Of a stretch of DNA of 64,000 bases, positions 7,148 through 16,615 are shown piece after piece (position 1 is the first letter of the stretch; the number at the start of each line of letters is the position of its first letter). Both the position numbers and the translations under genes were made by a program. The notes under the pieces were generated by a model that worked only from the letters and a program-made list of their open reading frames with translations, was not told where the DNA came from and did no database searches. The stretch comes from a virus: positions 64,001 through 128,000 of IMG/VR virus record IMGVR_UViG_3300025030_001854. One strand, 5' to 3'.

Positions 7148-9751
7148 TTAATTACATTTACTATACCCACAATGAGAGCATGTTAGACATCCCTCTTTTC
7201 TTTCTAATTCATGTTCACAAGTAGGACAATTTTCCCCACTAACTTTAGTTCCATCTTTGATATATTTTTTAAGTGTTCTTGCTAAGACTTTACTAAAACA
7301 AACTATTGGACCTTTAGTTTTTTCTAATTGATGAACAACAAAAGAAATATCAGAACCATGTCTTAATCCAATACTAATCATTCTTGTAAGTCCATCGGCG
7401 ACATCATCACTATGGCCGTTAGTAAGTTCATACTCTTCTTCTTCGCTTATAAAAAGATATTTACCCCTTGTCTTTTTAACTATTTCTCCTGTTTTACATT
7501 CTTTAGGAATAAAGATGGATTTATCTTTTTCTTGATTAATTCCTGTAAATACTTCGTAAGGTTGTCGGTCTTCTCCAAAAAGACCAACTGCTACATAATA
7601 TTTTTTTCCATTTAAAACAAAATGATGTAATTCTCCAGGAAGTTTATTTGGACGTTTTGGAGCTGTTGTTATAGGGAGATTCACCTTTTTCTTTTCCGCC
7701 AATACATTCATCATTGTCCCAGCCCTATAAGTAGTAATACCCTTTAAGGTTTCACTAAGATAAGCGTTTAAATAAATATCCTTAAACTTTTCAAATGGAT
7801 AATCATTAGCTATATTAACTGTCTTTGAAATAGAACTATCTACCCATTTAGCAAAACCTTTCAAATCAGTTATATGTTCTTCTACAGTCAAAGAAGAAGC
7901 AGTTACGGCCCAATTAGCCTTCGGATTCCATAATTTTTTAGATATTAACCATCTGACTCCATAATCAATACATTCTACTTCTTTGGTTAATCCTCTATTT
8001 CTATCTATTTTATAAATAGTTCCCTTATGCTCCCCCTTTAAAATATTGTCTTCTCCCTCTTTAACCCATTTAAACATAGGGGTTTCTTTAAATTCTCCCT
8101 CCCAATATTTAGGACACAAAGGAAGAACATCGGTGGGACATTCGTCAACAATAACAGTTCGAATATATTCCGATAAAAACAAAGGCTCAATACCACCAGA
8201 TACAACATTAGCTAATACTCCTGTATTTCCTGTTGGTTGGCATGAAAATAGGGCTGAATTTCTAATTCCATGAACACCCATATCTTCTAAAACAGATAAA
8301 GGAATTCCAATATCTTTAAAAAACTTATGTCTAGAATGTTTAGATGGAGAACAACCATCAAACATACCTTTTTCATTAGCTAATTGAACAGAAGCCTTTA
8401 CAGCCATATTAGTAAAGGTTTTCATAATCTTATCTTTAAGAACTTCTGCTTCATTAGTCCCAAATCTAATATTCATCATATAAAGCATTGAACCCCAACC
8501 CATTACCCCTAAACCGATTCTCCTTCTTTTTTCAATAGACTCTTTATATTCTGGGAGGGGGGCTCCGGTTAATGAATTAACATTATCAAGAAAACGAACA
8601 GCCCACGGAACATACTTAGATAAAGCTTCAAAATCAAAAGATTGGTCGTCCTTTACAAACTGAGTTAAATTAATAGAAGCCAAATTACACACAGCACCAA
8701 AAGGAAGACATTGCTCCCCACACGGATTTGTGCTTGCTATATGAGCCTCTGGACCACCATAGTTCCAACAATGGGATTCATTAGCTCTATCTAAAAATAA
8801 AACTCCAGGGTCATTTCTTTCATAAGTGCTAGCCATTATTAAATTCCACAAATCCAAAATATTAATTGTTTTATAGACTTTAACGGGATATCCTTTGGAT
8901 TTCCATAGAGATATATTACCATCCCATTCTTCTTTATATTTAGGATGTTGAGTATCAGGGAAAACTAAGTCCCATTTATTTAATTCTTCTATTTTTGACT
9001 GTAACCCAACGGCAAGTGATGCTTCTTGAGATGTAAAATTTTGTTTGTCTATTTTTTTAAGTTCATTTTCAATAAATTTAATCTCAACAATTCTATCCAT
9101 AAACTCATTAGAACAATTAACAGATAAATTAAACTTATTTAAACGACCATCCTGCAATTTGGCAGTAATCCATTCCTCAATGTCAGGATGCCAACAATCC
9201 AAAATTCCCATCATGGCACCCTTTCTAATTTTAATTTTTCCTTCTTTATTTGCCTTTTTCTTGCCAGAACCAGCAGTTATTATATCAGAAGATGTATTAA
9301 ATAATTCTGCATATTTAACAGCGCCAGGAGTTTCAACTCCAATACCATAAATAAAAGAACCACGAGGACGAATAAAAGAAAAATTCATACCCCAACCACC
9401 TTCTGATTTAAGAGTCATCGCCTGAGATAATAATACTGAAAATATCCCTTCTAATGAATCTTGGTCATATTTCGGTTTTGGACCGACGAAACAATTCATC
9501 CAAGTAGTTCCCTTCCAATCAGTTCCAGCATTAGCTAAAATTCTTCCGCCAGGAACTATTTTAAAATTAGACAATAGTTCTAAAAACTTTTCTTCCCATT
9601 CCTCTTTTAAGTCATTTTTTTCAGCAGAAGCGACGGCTTTAGCAACTCTAGCTAAGGTATCGTTTATTGAATTATCAGAATGATGTTTGTAAGTGGTAAA
9701 CCAAACTTCGCGAGAAAAATCGTCAATGAATTGTGTCATAATTTTAGGCAT
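7148..9751 (-). CDS. nrdJ: class II (adenosylcobalamin-dependent) ribonucleotide reductase
   Basis: PGGRILANAG, NCFV, GGWGMNFS.IRP.G, FNLSV, TNPCGEQ, CNLASINL, RRIGLGVMG, QPTG, SISKTVN, KGITTYR; C-terminal extension with CPTC..CSHCGYSKC; no nrdB nearby. Confidence 0.9.
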   Translation of the reverse strand: MPKIMTQFIDDFSREVWFTTYKHHSDNSINDTLARVAKAVASAEKNDLKEEWEEKFLELLSNFKIVPGGRILANAGTDWKGTTWMNCFVGPKPKYDQDSLEGIFSVLLSQAMTLKSEGGWGMNFSFIRPRGSFIYGIGVETPGAVKYAELFNTSSDIITAGSGKKKANKEGKIKIRKGAMMGILDCWHPDIEEWITAKLQDGRLNKFNLSVNCSNEFMDRIVEIKFIENELKKIDKQNFTSQEASLAVGLQSKIEELNKWDLVFPDTQHPKYKEEWDGNISLWKSKGYPVKVYKTINILDLWNLIMASTYERNDPGVLFLDRANESHCWNYGGPEAHIASTNPCGEQCLPFGAVCNLASINLTQFVKDDQSFDFEALSKYVPWAVRFLDNVNSLTGAPLPEYKESIEKRRRIGLGVMGWGSMLYMMNIRFGTNEAEVLKDKIMKTFTNMAVKASVQLANEKGMFDGCSPSKHSRHKFFKDIGIPLSVLEDMGVHGIRNSALFSCQPTGNTGVLANVVSGGIEPLFLSEYIRTVIVDECPTDVLPLCPKYWEGEFKETPMFKWVKEGEDNILKGEHKGTIYKIDRNRGLTKEVECIDYGVRWLISKKLWNPKANWAVTASSLTVEEHITDLKGFAKWVDSSISKTVNIANDYPFEKFKDIYLNAYLSETLKGITTYRAGTMMNVLAEKKKVNLPITTAPKRPNKLPGELHHFVLNGKKYYVAVGLFGEDRQPYEVFTGINQEKDKSIFIPKECKTGEIVKKTRGKYLFISEEEEYELTNGHSDDVADGLTRMISIGLRHGSDISFVVHQLEKTKGPIVCFSKVLARTLKKYIKDGTKVSGENCPTCEHELERKEGCLTCSHCGYSKCN

Positions 9752-9789
9752 GATATATTACAGTAAAAAATTGCTATTTGAAAAAATAA

Positions 9790-10242
9790 TTAAGGAAAAA
9801 GATATAAGTCGGCAAAAGATATTTGGGCGACATTAGCTATTTTTAATATTGTCGGGAGGATATCGCTATCTTTATTGTTTTGCCAAAATCCTCTCCAATA
9901 TTGTAGGGCAACAGTTTCTCTATGAGCCCTTTTACATGGACATCCAACCCCAACCATATCTCTTGTTTGTACAAGAGTATCTAATGCTGTCTTTTGGGCC
10001 TCTGTAAAGAGTTCTCTTTGTGGTAAATACCAATCTGAGAAATCCCATAGATTATAAAATATAAGCATTCCTTCTGTCACCTTTTTGGGTTCTGGGAAAA
10101 TTGGTTGTAAAAGAGAATTAAGTTCGTTTATAGATAATGGAACTGGTTCGTCATTAACTTTAATCTCTTCAATTATTTGAGCTGGTTGAGTTTTAATTGG
10201 AGAAAGTTGATTTTTTATCCGTTGTCCGACAAACTCATTCAT
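9790..10242 (-). CDS. hypothetical protein
   Basis: 150 aa with a GCPC motif. Confidence 0.55.
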   Translation of the reverse strand: MNEFVGQRIKNQLSPIKTQPAQIIEEIKVNDEPVPLSINELNSLLQPIFPEPKKVTEGMLIFYNLWDFSDWYLPQRELFTEAQKTALDTLVQTRDMVGVGCPCKRAHRETVALQYWRGFWQNNKDSDILPTILKIANVAQISFADLYLFP

Positions 10243-10582
10243 ATAGTTTTTTGATTATCCATCTAAAAAGGAAATACCCTAGTATTGATAATAATATATT
10301 TAAACCTAAAGTATAAAATGGTAAAAAAACTAATGATAAAATATTAATCCATACCCCAAAACAAATTGGACAATTTAACATTCGTGTTGGGAAACTGGGA
10401 AACTTATATTCTAAGAAGTCTGGATAACTTAATGGAGTCATACCCTTTTTACAATCTTCCTCATAAGGAGCATATTTTAAAAACTTTAGTCTAAATAACT
10501 TCGCCCACTCTATAAAAGCATTAGTATCAAACCAAATATATAAAACAACTATAATAAAAGATATCCCATAAATTAATTCCAT
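10235..10582 (-). CDS. small membrane protein with CPIC..VW motif (DUF1360-like)
   Basis: Hydrophobic helices and LNCPICFGVW. Confidence 0.6.
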   Translation of the reverse strand: MELIYGISFIIVVLYIWFDTNAFIEWAKLFRLKFLKYAPYEEDCKKGMTPLSYPDFLEYKFPSFPTRMLNCPICFGVWINILSLVFLPFYTLGLNILLSILGYFLFRWIIKKLYE

Positions 10583-10585
10583 ATT

Positions 10586-10684
10586 TTAATTTTCCCTTTC
10601 GCCATTATATTTCGATTCTTTAAAAAAAGAATAGGTGTTCGCCACCAAAATATAACACAGTAACAATATACACAAAGAAGCCAT
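10586..10684 (-). CDS. possible 32-aa membrane peptide
   Basis: MASLCILLLCYILVANTYSFFKESKYNGEREN, ending 3 nt before the next ATG. Confidence 0.3.
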   Translation of the reverse strand: MASLCILLLCYILVANTYSFFKESKYNGEREN

Positions 10685-10844
10685 CCATAGTTAGACAACC
10701 AAAAGTTTTTCTTATTCTACCGAAATTTTCTTGAATATTTACAAATATTTGTGTATCTATTGTTGAAGAACAAAAACTAGCATAGTAAATACCTCACTAT
10801 ATATTTTAAAAAATATATTCTTTTAGCAGCTATGAACTATGTAT

Positions 10845-11280
10845 GAACAAAAGGCGAAAATCCTTTTCAGCCCGCCGAGAAGACAACGGAAGGGTTTTCC
10901 CAAGTTGCCCTACCAAACTGGAGGGGAAAAGTAATAACTAGGCCGCAGTTGGCACCCGGCGGCGACAAAGCTGAAGCCAATCAGACGCAATAAGGGACAG
11001 GCACCATTCATTGATGGTAAAAAAAGAGGCTATCTTAATAAGATAGAAGTTGACAGGAATCCGCTAGACCTGAAAAGGTGAAATCGGAAGTATAAATGAG
11101 TTCTAGGCTCTCTCTCATCACCAATATTTATATTGGTAGCTTCTGGAAGCCGAAAGGCTATAAATCTCAATGCACTCTTCGCAAACTCCCGGCGAATTCA
11201 AAAAATATAACGGGACTTCAAGAATAGAGTCATTATTTTCCCTCTAGAGTTTTTTAATAAACTCTCTAGGGGGAAATTTC
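10845..11280 (+). ncRNA. candidate large structured non-coding RNA, family not recognised
   Basis: No long ORF. Core 10861-10980 is 66/120 G+C by hand count in an AT-rich genome. About a dozen stems, including nested TTCAGC/GCTGAA and CCGCCG/CGGCGG, two GAAA-tetraloop hairpins and a long 3' hairpin at 11236-11277. Confidence 0.7.
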
Positions 11281-11392
11281 ACCCGGTATATTTGCTTAAG
11301 AATTCATCATTAAGAGTCTACAAAAGAATTACGTTTAAAACTTTAATAAGACCATTCGTGAATATTTTACCCACTTCTACCGTCAAACTTTT

Positions 11393-11815
11393 ATGGAAAT
11401 TATGGAAAACGAAGTCATGGCTGATATTGTAAAACGTCCTATAATTAAAGATTCAGGACAACGGGAAGATTTCTCAACTGGTTCAAAAAGAGACACCCGA
11501 AACGGTAAAGGGAGATTCGATTTACTTCCTTTGTTCGCTGAGGAAGAATTGGCTAAACATTTTGAGGCTGGGGCCGTAAAGTATGGAGACAATAATTGGC
11601 TAAAGGGCCAACCTTTATCCAGGTATTTAGATTCAGCTCGTAGACATTTAAATAAAGCCGCTAGAGGCCAACGAGACGAACCTCATTTTACTGCTGCCGC
11701 TTGGAATATTATGTGTCTTATTGACACTATGAAAAGAATAGAACTTGGTCTTTTACCTGAAAGTTTAAATGACCTTTTACCAGTTTTACCAGAAGAAGTA
11801 GAAAAACTATTATGA
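11393..11815 (+). CDS. dATP/dGTP diphosphohydrolase-domain protein (DUF5664 family)
   Basis: FSTGSKRD...GKGRFDLLP, GAVKYGDNNWLKG, YLDSARRHL, EPHFTAAAWN. Confidence 0.82.
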   Translation: MEIMENEVMADIVKRPIIKDSGQREDFSTGSKRDTRNGKGRFDLLPLFAEEELAKHFEAGAVKYGDNNWLKGQPLSRYLDSARRHLNKAARGQRDEPHFTAAAWNIMCLIDTMKRIELGLLPESLNDLLPVLPEEVEKLL

Positions 11816-12435
11816 TTTCTCCTAATTTACTAATGATGGGTAAGTCTGATACTGAACTTATCCGATTAGTTAAAAATGACGCTGATAATGAAGCTATTTT
11901 AGAAGTATGCAGAAGATACGAGAATATTTTTTACAAAATCTGCCAAAGATATTCTTCGTCTCTTACCAAGGTCGGAATTGACGTTAACGATATTTTCGAT
12001 GAGAAGTATTATATTATTTTTTATTGTATCTGTTCATTCAAACCATCTAAAAAAACTAAACTCTCTACTTGGATAGGAAACTATGCCAGGTATCTTTGTC
12101 TTAATGCTATAAATTCTAAGAAATTTATTTTACCATCTTCCGATGAAGAAATTAAACAGAAAATCGAAGAGACTCAATGTAAGAACGTCTTTCTTAAAAA
12201 TGAAGACAAACAAGGAGAGTATTCTTTTATTTTAAATATTCTATCTCAACTCAAAGACCCTAGAATTTATAATGTATTTAATTTAAGATATTCTCATTTG
12301 CCAAACAAAATGATTTGGTCTAGAATAGCTTCATCGTTAGGTCTTTCTACTCAAACCGCTATCAACTTACATAATAAAGGATTGAGAATATTAAAAACTA
12401 AAATTAAAAGTAAAGATTTCTGTGATTTTATTTAA
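11812..12435 (+). CDS. divergent sigma-70-family RNA polymerase sigma factor
   Basis: SDTELI, FKPSKKTKLSTWIGNYARY (region 2), WSRIASSLGLSTQTAINLHNKGL (region 4 HTH). Confidence 0.75.
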   Translation: MISPNLLMMGKSDTELIRLVKNDADNEAILEVCRRYENIFYKICQRYSSSLTKVGIDVNDIFDEKYYIIFYCICSFKPSKKTKLSTWIGNYARYLCLNAINSKKFILPSSDEEIKQKIEETQCKNVFLKNEDKQGEYSFILNILSQLKDPRIYNVFNLRYSHLPNKMIWSRIASSLGLSTQTAINLHNKGLRILKTKIKSKDFCDFI

Positions 12436-12508
12436 AAACATTTGAATAATCTATCAATACTTTACATCATATAATTAGCCCAACAACGGGCAAACTACAA
12501 ATAAAACT

Positions 12509-12841
12509 ATGAAACAAACTACAAATGATACAAATGGTAATAGCGGCGGAAATAGCGGCGGTAACGCTTGGAATAGGAAAGAGCTTGGTGTATTCTGGAG
12601 TAAAGAAACCAAGAACACTGGGGAAAAATATCTAACAGGAATAATTAATTTAAAAGCTCTCGGGTTTGATAAAGATGTTCCTGTTGTCGTCTTTACCAAT
12701 AAGAACAAGCAAAAGGATAGTCATCCAGATTTAAGAGTCTATTTATCAGAAAAGCCTACTCCCACAGCCGCAGCGCAGCCAGTAGCTACCCCCTCAGTAA
12801 TTCCACAGACGCCTAAACCCTCAAACAAAGAGTTAATTTAA
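12509..12841 (+). CDS. DUF736-like putative nucleic-acid-binding protein
   Basis: LGVFWSK...G.KYLTG.I...VVFTNKNK..DSHPDLRVY, with low-complexity termini. Confidence 0.55.
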   Translation: MKQTTNDTNGNSGGNSGGNAWNRKELGVFWSKETKNTGEKYLTGIINLKALGFDKDVPVVVFTNKNKQKDSHPDLRVYLSEKPTPTAAAQPVATPSVIPQTPKPSNKELI

Positions 12842-12894
12842 TCCTTTGTTTTGCCAATATAATAGTTTAAATATTATTATGTTGGTTATATTTT

Positions 12895-14007
12895 ATGCGA
12901 AAATTAGCTTTACACCTACCTATTAATTCGGTTTCTTTTGGACAAGTATCTACATTGCTTTTAAGAACTATTTGGGAGAAGGAACAAAAAGGAGAATCTG
13001 ATATTAATTGGAATTTATTTCCGATTGATGTTATAGACCTTGGCTCTCAAACAGCATTACCACAAGAATTCGTTCAATGGTTACAACAGAAAATCGCTAA
13101 TTCAATGGAAACGTTTTCTAGAGATACTCCTATGTTTAAATTATGGCACTTAAACGGGAGCTTAGAATCTTTTTCTAGAAATCAAACGTTATTATCTTTT
13201 TACGAGTTGGATAATCCAACGAAAATAGAACTTAATATTGCAAGAAATAATAATAAATTATGTTTGTCTAGTCAGTATGCAGTTAACGTATTTAAGATAT
13301 ACGGCGTGGAGGCTAACTTTCTACCATTGGCATTTGATTCTTTTAATTTTAGGACTATCAATAAACAATTCCATACTGATGGAAGGATAGTATTTAATTT
13401 GTGTGGTAAACTCGAAAAACGAAAACATCATGCAAAAGTAATTCAAGCTTGGATTAAAAAATATGGTAACAATTCTAAATATGTTCTCCAATGCGCCGTA
13501 TATAATCCTTTCTTGGGGGAAAAGGGTAATAATGAGCTTCTTGGGCAAATATTAGGTGGAAATAAACCATTTAATGTAACATTTTATCCTCACATGAAAG
13601 AAAATCAAATCTATAATGAATTTCTTAATAGTGCTAATATCATTATTGGTATGTCTGGTGGTGAGGGTTGGGGGTTGCCTGAATTTCATTCTGTAGCTAT
13701 TGGTAAACATGCTATTTTATTAAATGCTCATGCTTATAAAACGTGGGCGACAAAAGATATGGTAACTATGGTTCAACCATCAGGAAAAATTTCCGCTGTA
13801 GATGGAATGTTTTTTAGACCAGGAGATGTTTGGAACCAGGGAAATATTTTTGATTGGAACGAAGAAGAATTTTTACAAGCTTGTGAAGAAGCGGTTATCA
13901 AATATCAAAAAAATCCAATAAACAAAGAAGGACTAACTTTACAAGAAAAATTCTCGAAAGATAAGTTTTTAGATTCTGTTATTTCTCTAACAGAGGCTCA
14001 ATCATGA
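12895..14007 (+). CDS. GT-B glycosyltransferase (GT4-like)
   Basis: GKLEKRK and SGGEGWGLPEFHSVAIGK motifs. Confidence 0.8.
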   Translation: MRKLALHLPINSVSFGQVSTLLLRTIWEKEQKGESDINWNLFPIDVIDLGSQTALPQEFVQWLQQKIANSMETFSRDTPMFKLWHLNGSLESFSRNQTLLSFYELDNPTKIELNIARNNNKLCLSSQYAVNVFKIYGVEANFLPLAFDSFNFRTINKQFHTDGRIVFNLCGKLEKRKHHAKVIQAWIKKYGNNSKYVLQCAVYNPFLGEKGNNELLGQILGGNKPFNVTFYPHMKENQIYNEFLNSANIIIGMSGGEGWGLPEFHSVAIGKHAILLNAHAYKTWATKDMVTMVQPSGKISAVDGMFFRPGDVWNQGNIFDWNEEEFLQACEEAVIKYQKNPINKEGLTLQEKFSKDKFLDSVISLTEAQS

Positions 14008-14711
14008 ACCCCCCATTAATATCTTTAAGAAACTTTTCTAGTGACCAATATATTCTTGATAAAGTATTTTATCATAATTGTTATAGACTTCCACATTTTA
14101 ATAAAGAGTCTTCTACTCAAGATAAAGTTGTTGTAGATATCGGCGCTCATGCAGGATATTTTTCTGTTACGGCTTTATTTCTGGGATATAAAGTTTATGC
14201 TTTTGAGCCGGTCGTAGATAATTTATCAGTTTTATTAGAAAATACATCTAAGCATATAAACTCTTCTGTTTTTGTATTTCCAGTTGGGGTTTCTACTAAT
14301 AATTCTAATATTCAGTTATTAAATAAACCAGTTCTTAATAATTCGATGTTTGATTTTGCTTATTTGTCAGAAAATCTAACACAAACACATGTTCCTGAAG
14401 ATTCATATCCAATTTCAGTATTCTCATTAGCTTCATTGTTGAGAGTTTTTGTATCTAATCATATGATTGATTATTTAAAAATCAATCTAGGATATGGAGA
14501 AGCATTTGCATTAACTAATCATAAAGATTTTTCTATTGTTAGTAATATTTGTGGAGAATTTAGTTTAAGTGAGATTTCTTCTGAAGGACTTTCATCTTTT
14601 CTGAAAAGCGTCGGCTTCACAAATGTTTTAGTGGAGCCAATTAATGATGATTCTAGAGCTTTATTTTTTGCTTCTAAGGGAAAATTAGAAGACGCTTTTA
14701 TTACTTCATAA
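14004..14711 (+). CDS. FkbM-family methyltransferase
   Basis: VVDIGAHAGYFS, VYAFEP, IDYLKI. Confidence 0.8.
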   Translation: MNPPLISLRNFSSDQYILDKVFYHNCYRLPHFNKESSTQDKVVVDIGAHAGYFSVTALFLGYKVYAFEPVVDNLSVLLENTSKHINSSVFVFPVGVSTNNSNIQLLNKPVLNNSMFDFAYLSENLTQTHVPEDSYPISVFSLASLLRVFVSNHMIDYLKINLGYGEAFALTNHKDFSIVSNICGEFSLSEISSEGLSSFLKSVGFTNVLVEPINDDSRALFFASKGKLEDAFITS

Positions 14712-14716
14712 TTTAT

Positions 14717-15046
14717 ATGGGACTATATTTATATCAAAATCCAAACACAAAAGAGATTATTGAAGTCGTTCAAAAAATGAATGACGAGCATACGTTTTTT
14801 AAAGATGGAATAAATTGGATAAGATTATTTACTTCTCCATGTCCAAAAATCGGAATTAATCCATTTTCTCAAGAAGACTGGAATAATCAAACTCGTAATA
14901 CCAGGGGAACTATCGGAGATTTATGGGATAAATCGGCTGAATTATCAGAAAAAAGAGCTAAAAAAAGCGGTGGTATAGACCCAATTAAACAAAAAACTGC
15001 CGAAGCTTACAGAAAGAAAACTGGTAAACCTCATCCACACGAATAA
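14717..15046 (+). CDS. FmdB-like phage protein without the Zn cysteines
   Basis: MGLYLYQNP...EV.QKMND.H....WIRLFTSP pattern. Confidence 0.5.
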   Translation: MGLYLYQNPNTKEIIEVVQKMNDEHTFFKDGINWIRLFTSPCPKIGINPFSQEDWNNQTRNTRGTIGDLWDKSAELSEKRAKKSGGIDPIKQKTAEAYRKKTGKPHPHE

Positions 15047-15885
15047 TGAAAACTCTACAGAATTGCGGAAAATTGATAGTTAAAGAATCCCCAATAGAAG
15101 GATTTGGGGTCTTTGCCACAGAAGACATTCAAAAAGGGACTATTCTTGAAGAAGTTCCTTTTGTTACCATTCCAAATTGGGCATCCTTTGGTAAAGCGTT
15201 ATATGATTTTTTATCAACATCTGAATGGATGGGTGATAAAGTAAAATATACAGAAAATTTAAGAAAAAACTTGGGTTTTAAAGACCCAGAAAAATACTAT
15301 TTTAAATGGTTTCCCCAGCATCAATTAGATAAGAGTCAAATTTCTTATACAGTTCTTCCTTTAGGATTTGGATGTATTTATAATAGTTCTAATACCCAGA
15401 ACAACGCGGGTTGGGTTATTAAAGATAGTCTTTTTATATTTAAAGCAGAAAAGGATATTCAAAAAGATGAAGAGGTAAAAACGTTTTATGGATATTTTTT
15501 AAGTGAAAATGGAACAATATTTAATTGCGATAATGTATTTAATATTGGATTAGATATCATTAACGGAACTCTTAAATTAAAAATGTTTAGATTTAGTTCT
15601 ATTGAAGTTTTTGAGGCAAGTCGGGTCCATCCAACATATATTCGTGGTCAAAAAATGTTAGCAGATTCTAAAGACGGACTTTCAATTAAAAAAATATCTT
15701 CGTCTAACTCTCCTACTGAAGACCAACAAGCAGTAGATGTTCCAGAAGTTGCTACACTACAGGATGTATATACAAGATTATCTGAATGTAAGAACCTTCC
15801 TAGAACTTTCTCTAGAATTCATATTGAATATACTAATAGAGAAGGAGAAATAGTTAAAGACGTTTTAGTATTTAAAAATTCTTGA
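15046..15885 (+). CDS. SET-domain protein (putative lysine methyltransferase)
   Basis: SPIEGFGVFATEDIQKG, GFGCIYNSS..NNA, AEKDIQKDEEVKTFYG. Confidence 0.75.
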   Translation: MKTLQNCGKLIVKESPIEGFGVFATEDIQKGTILEEVPFVTIPNWASFGKALYDFLSTSEWMGDKVKYTENLRKNLGFKDPEKYYFKWFPQHQLDKSQISYTVLPLGFGCIYNSSNTQNNAGWVIKDSLFIFKAEKDIQKDEEVKTFYGYFLSENGTIFNCDNVFNIGLDIINGTLKLKMFRFSSIEVFEASRVHPTYIRGQKMLADSKDGLSIKKISSSNSPTEDQQAVDVPEVATLQDVYTRLSECKNLPRTFSRIHIEYTNREGEIVKDVLVFKNS

Positions 15886-16558
15886 TATCTTCGTGGTTTT
15901 TGTATTTGTATATTATTTCTATCCATTTAAAAAATTCTTTTTCATTCATATTCATTTTCATGGATTGTAAATCTTTGTGAATCCATTGTATATTATCTAA
16001 TTCATAACCCTTAGAGGAATCTATTCTATCTAAAGATGCAGTTTGGTTTTTGTAATTTTTATAATTAATTTCTAAATTTATCGGTTCTCCAGATAAAGCA
16101 CATTTTCCAAATTGTTTCTCAAACTGCTTCCAAGCATCTTTTATTGTTATATTGAAAGATAAATTTCGATGTTTCGCCCCACTTTTTACTCTCCAAAAAT
16201 AGCTTCCATTTATTTTCCCATATCTCGTTAATTTTAAACATCCACAACTTTTACATTCTCCATTTTTTAAATTTCTTAGTCTAACGATTTTAATGTTTCC
16301 ACAATCACAAAGACATTCCCATTTAGACATATTATCTACTGAATTTTTAACTCTTGATTTAATAATAAGTTTTCCGTATCGTAAACCTATATATTTTTTT
16401 AATGCTTCTTGAATATGCTCGTCACTGTTTCTAATTGGTATATTAAACTTTTTTAAATAATTTAATACCGTTGAATAACTTACTTTTAATTGAAAGGCAA
16501 TATTCTTGCTACTGAGTTTTTGATTAATATATAATTCGTATAATAAATTTTTATCCAT
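15872..16558 (-). mobile_element. free-standing HNH-type homing endonuclease gene, antisense to the operon
   Basis: N-terminal HTH, WECLCDCGN...KSCGC module, GKCALSG, SLDRIDSSKGYELDNIQW. Confidence 0.8.
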
Positions 16559-16615
16559 ATATGTAAATAATTACACTAATTAATTCCATCAAGTGAATAA
16601 ATATCATCAGATTTC

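Noticed and set aside
10839-10941. 31-32 aa plus-strand mini-ORFs inside the structured element
   Set aside because: GC-rich codons unlike the rest of the genome; base-pairing explains the sequence better.
10845-11280. RNase P RNA, cobalamin riboswitch or group I/II intron as the identity of the structured element
   Set aside because: I could not find the RNase P GAGGAAAGUCC and terminal P4 strands, a B12 box, group I P7 consensus or group II domain V on either strand. A covariance search is still needed.
12538-12564. Short tandem repeat AATAGCGGCGG(A/T) x2
   Set aside because: It encodes a low-complexity NSGG-NSGG linker; nothing suggests a further role.
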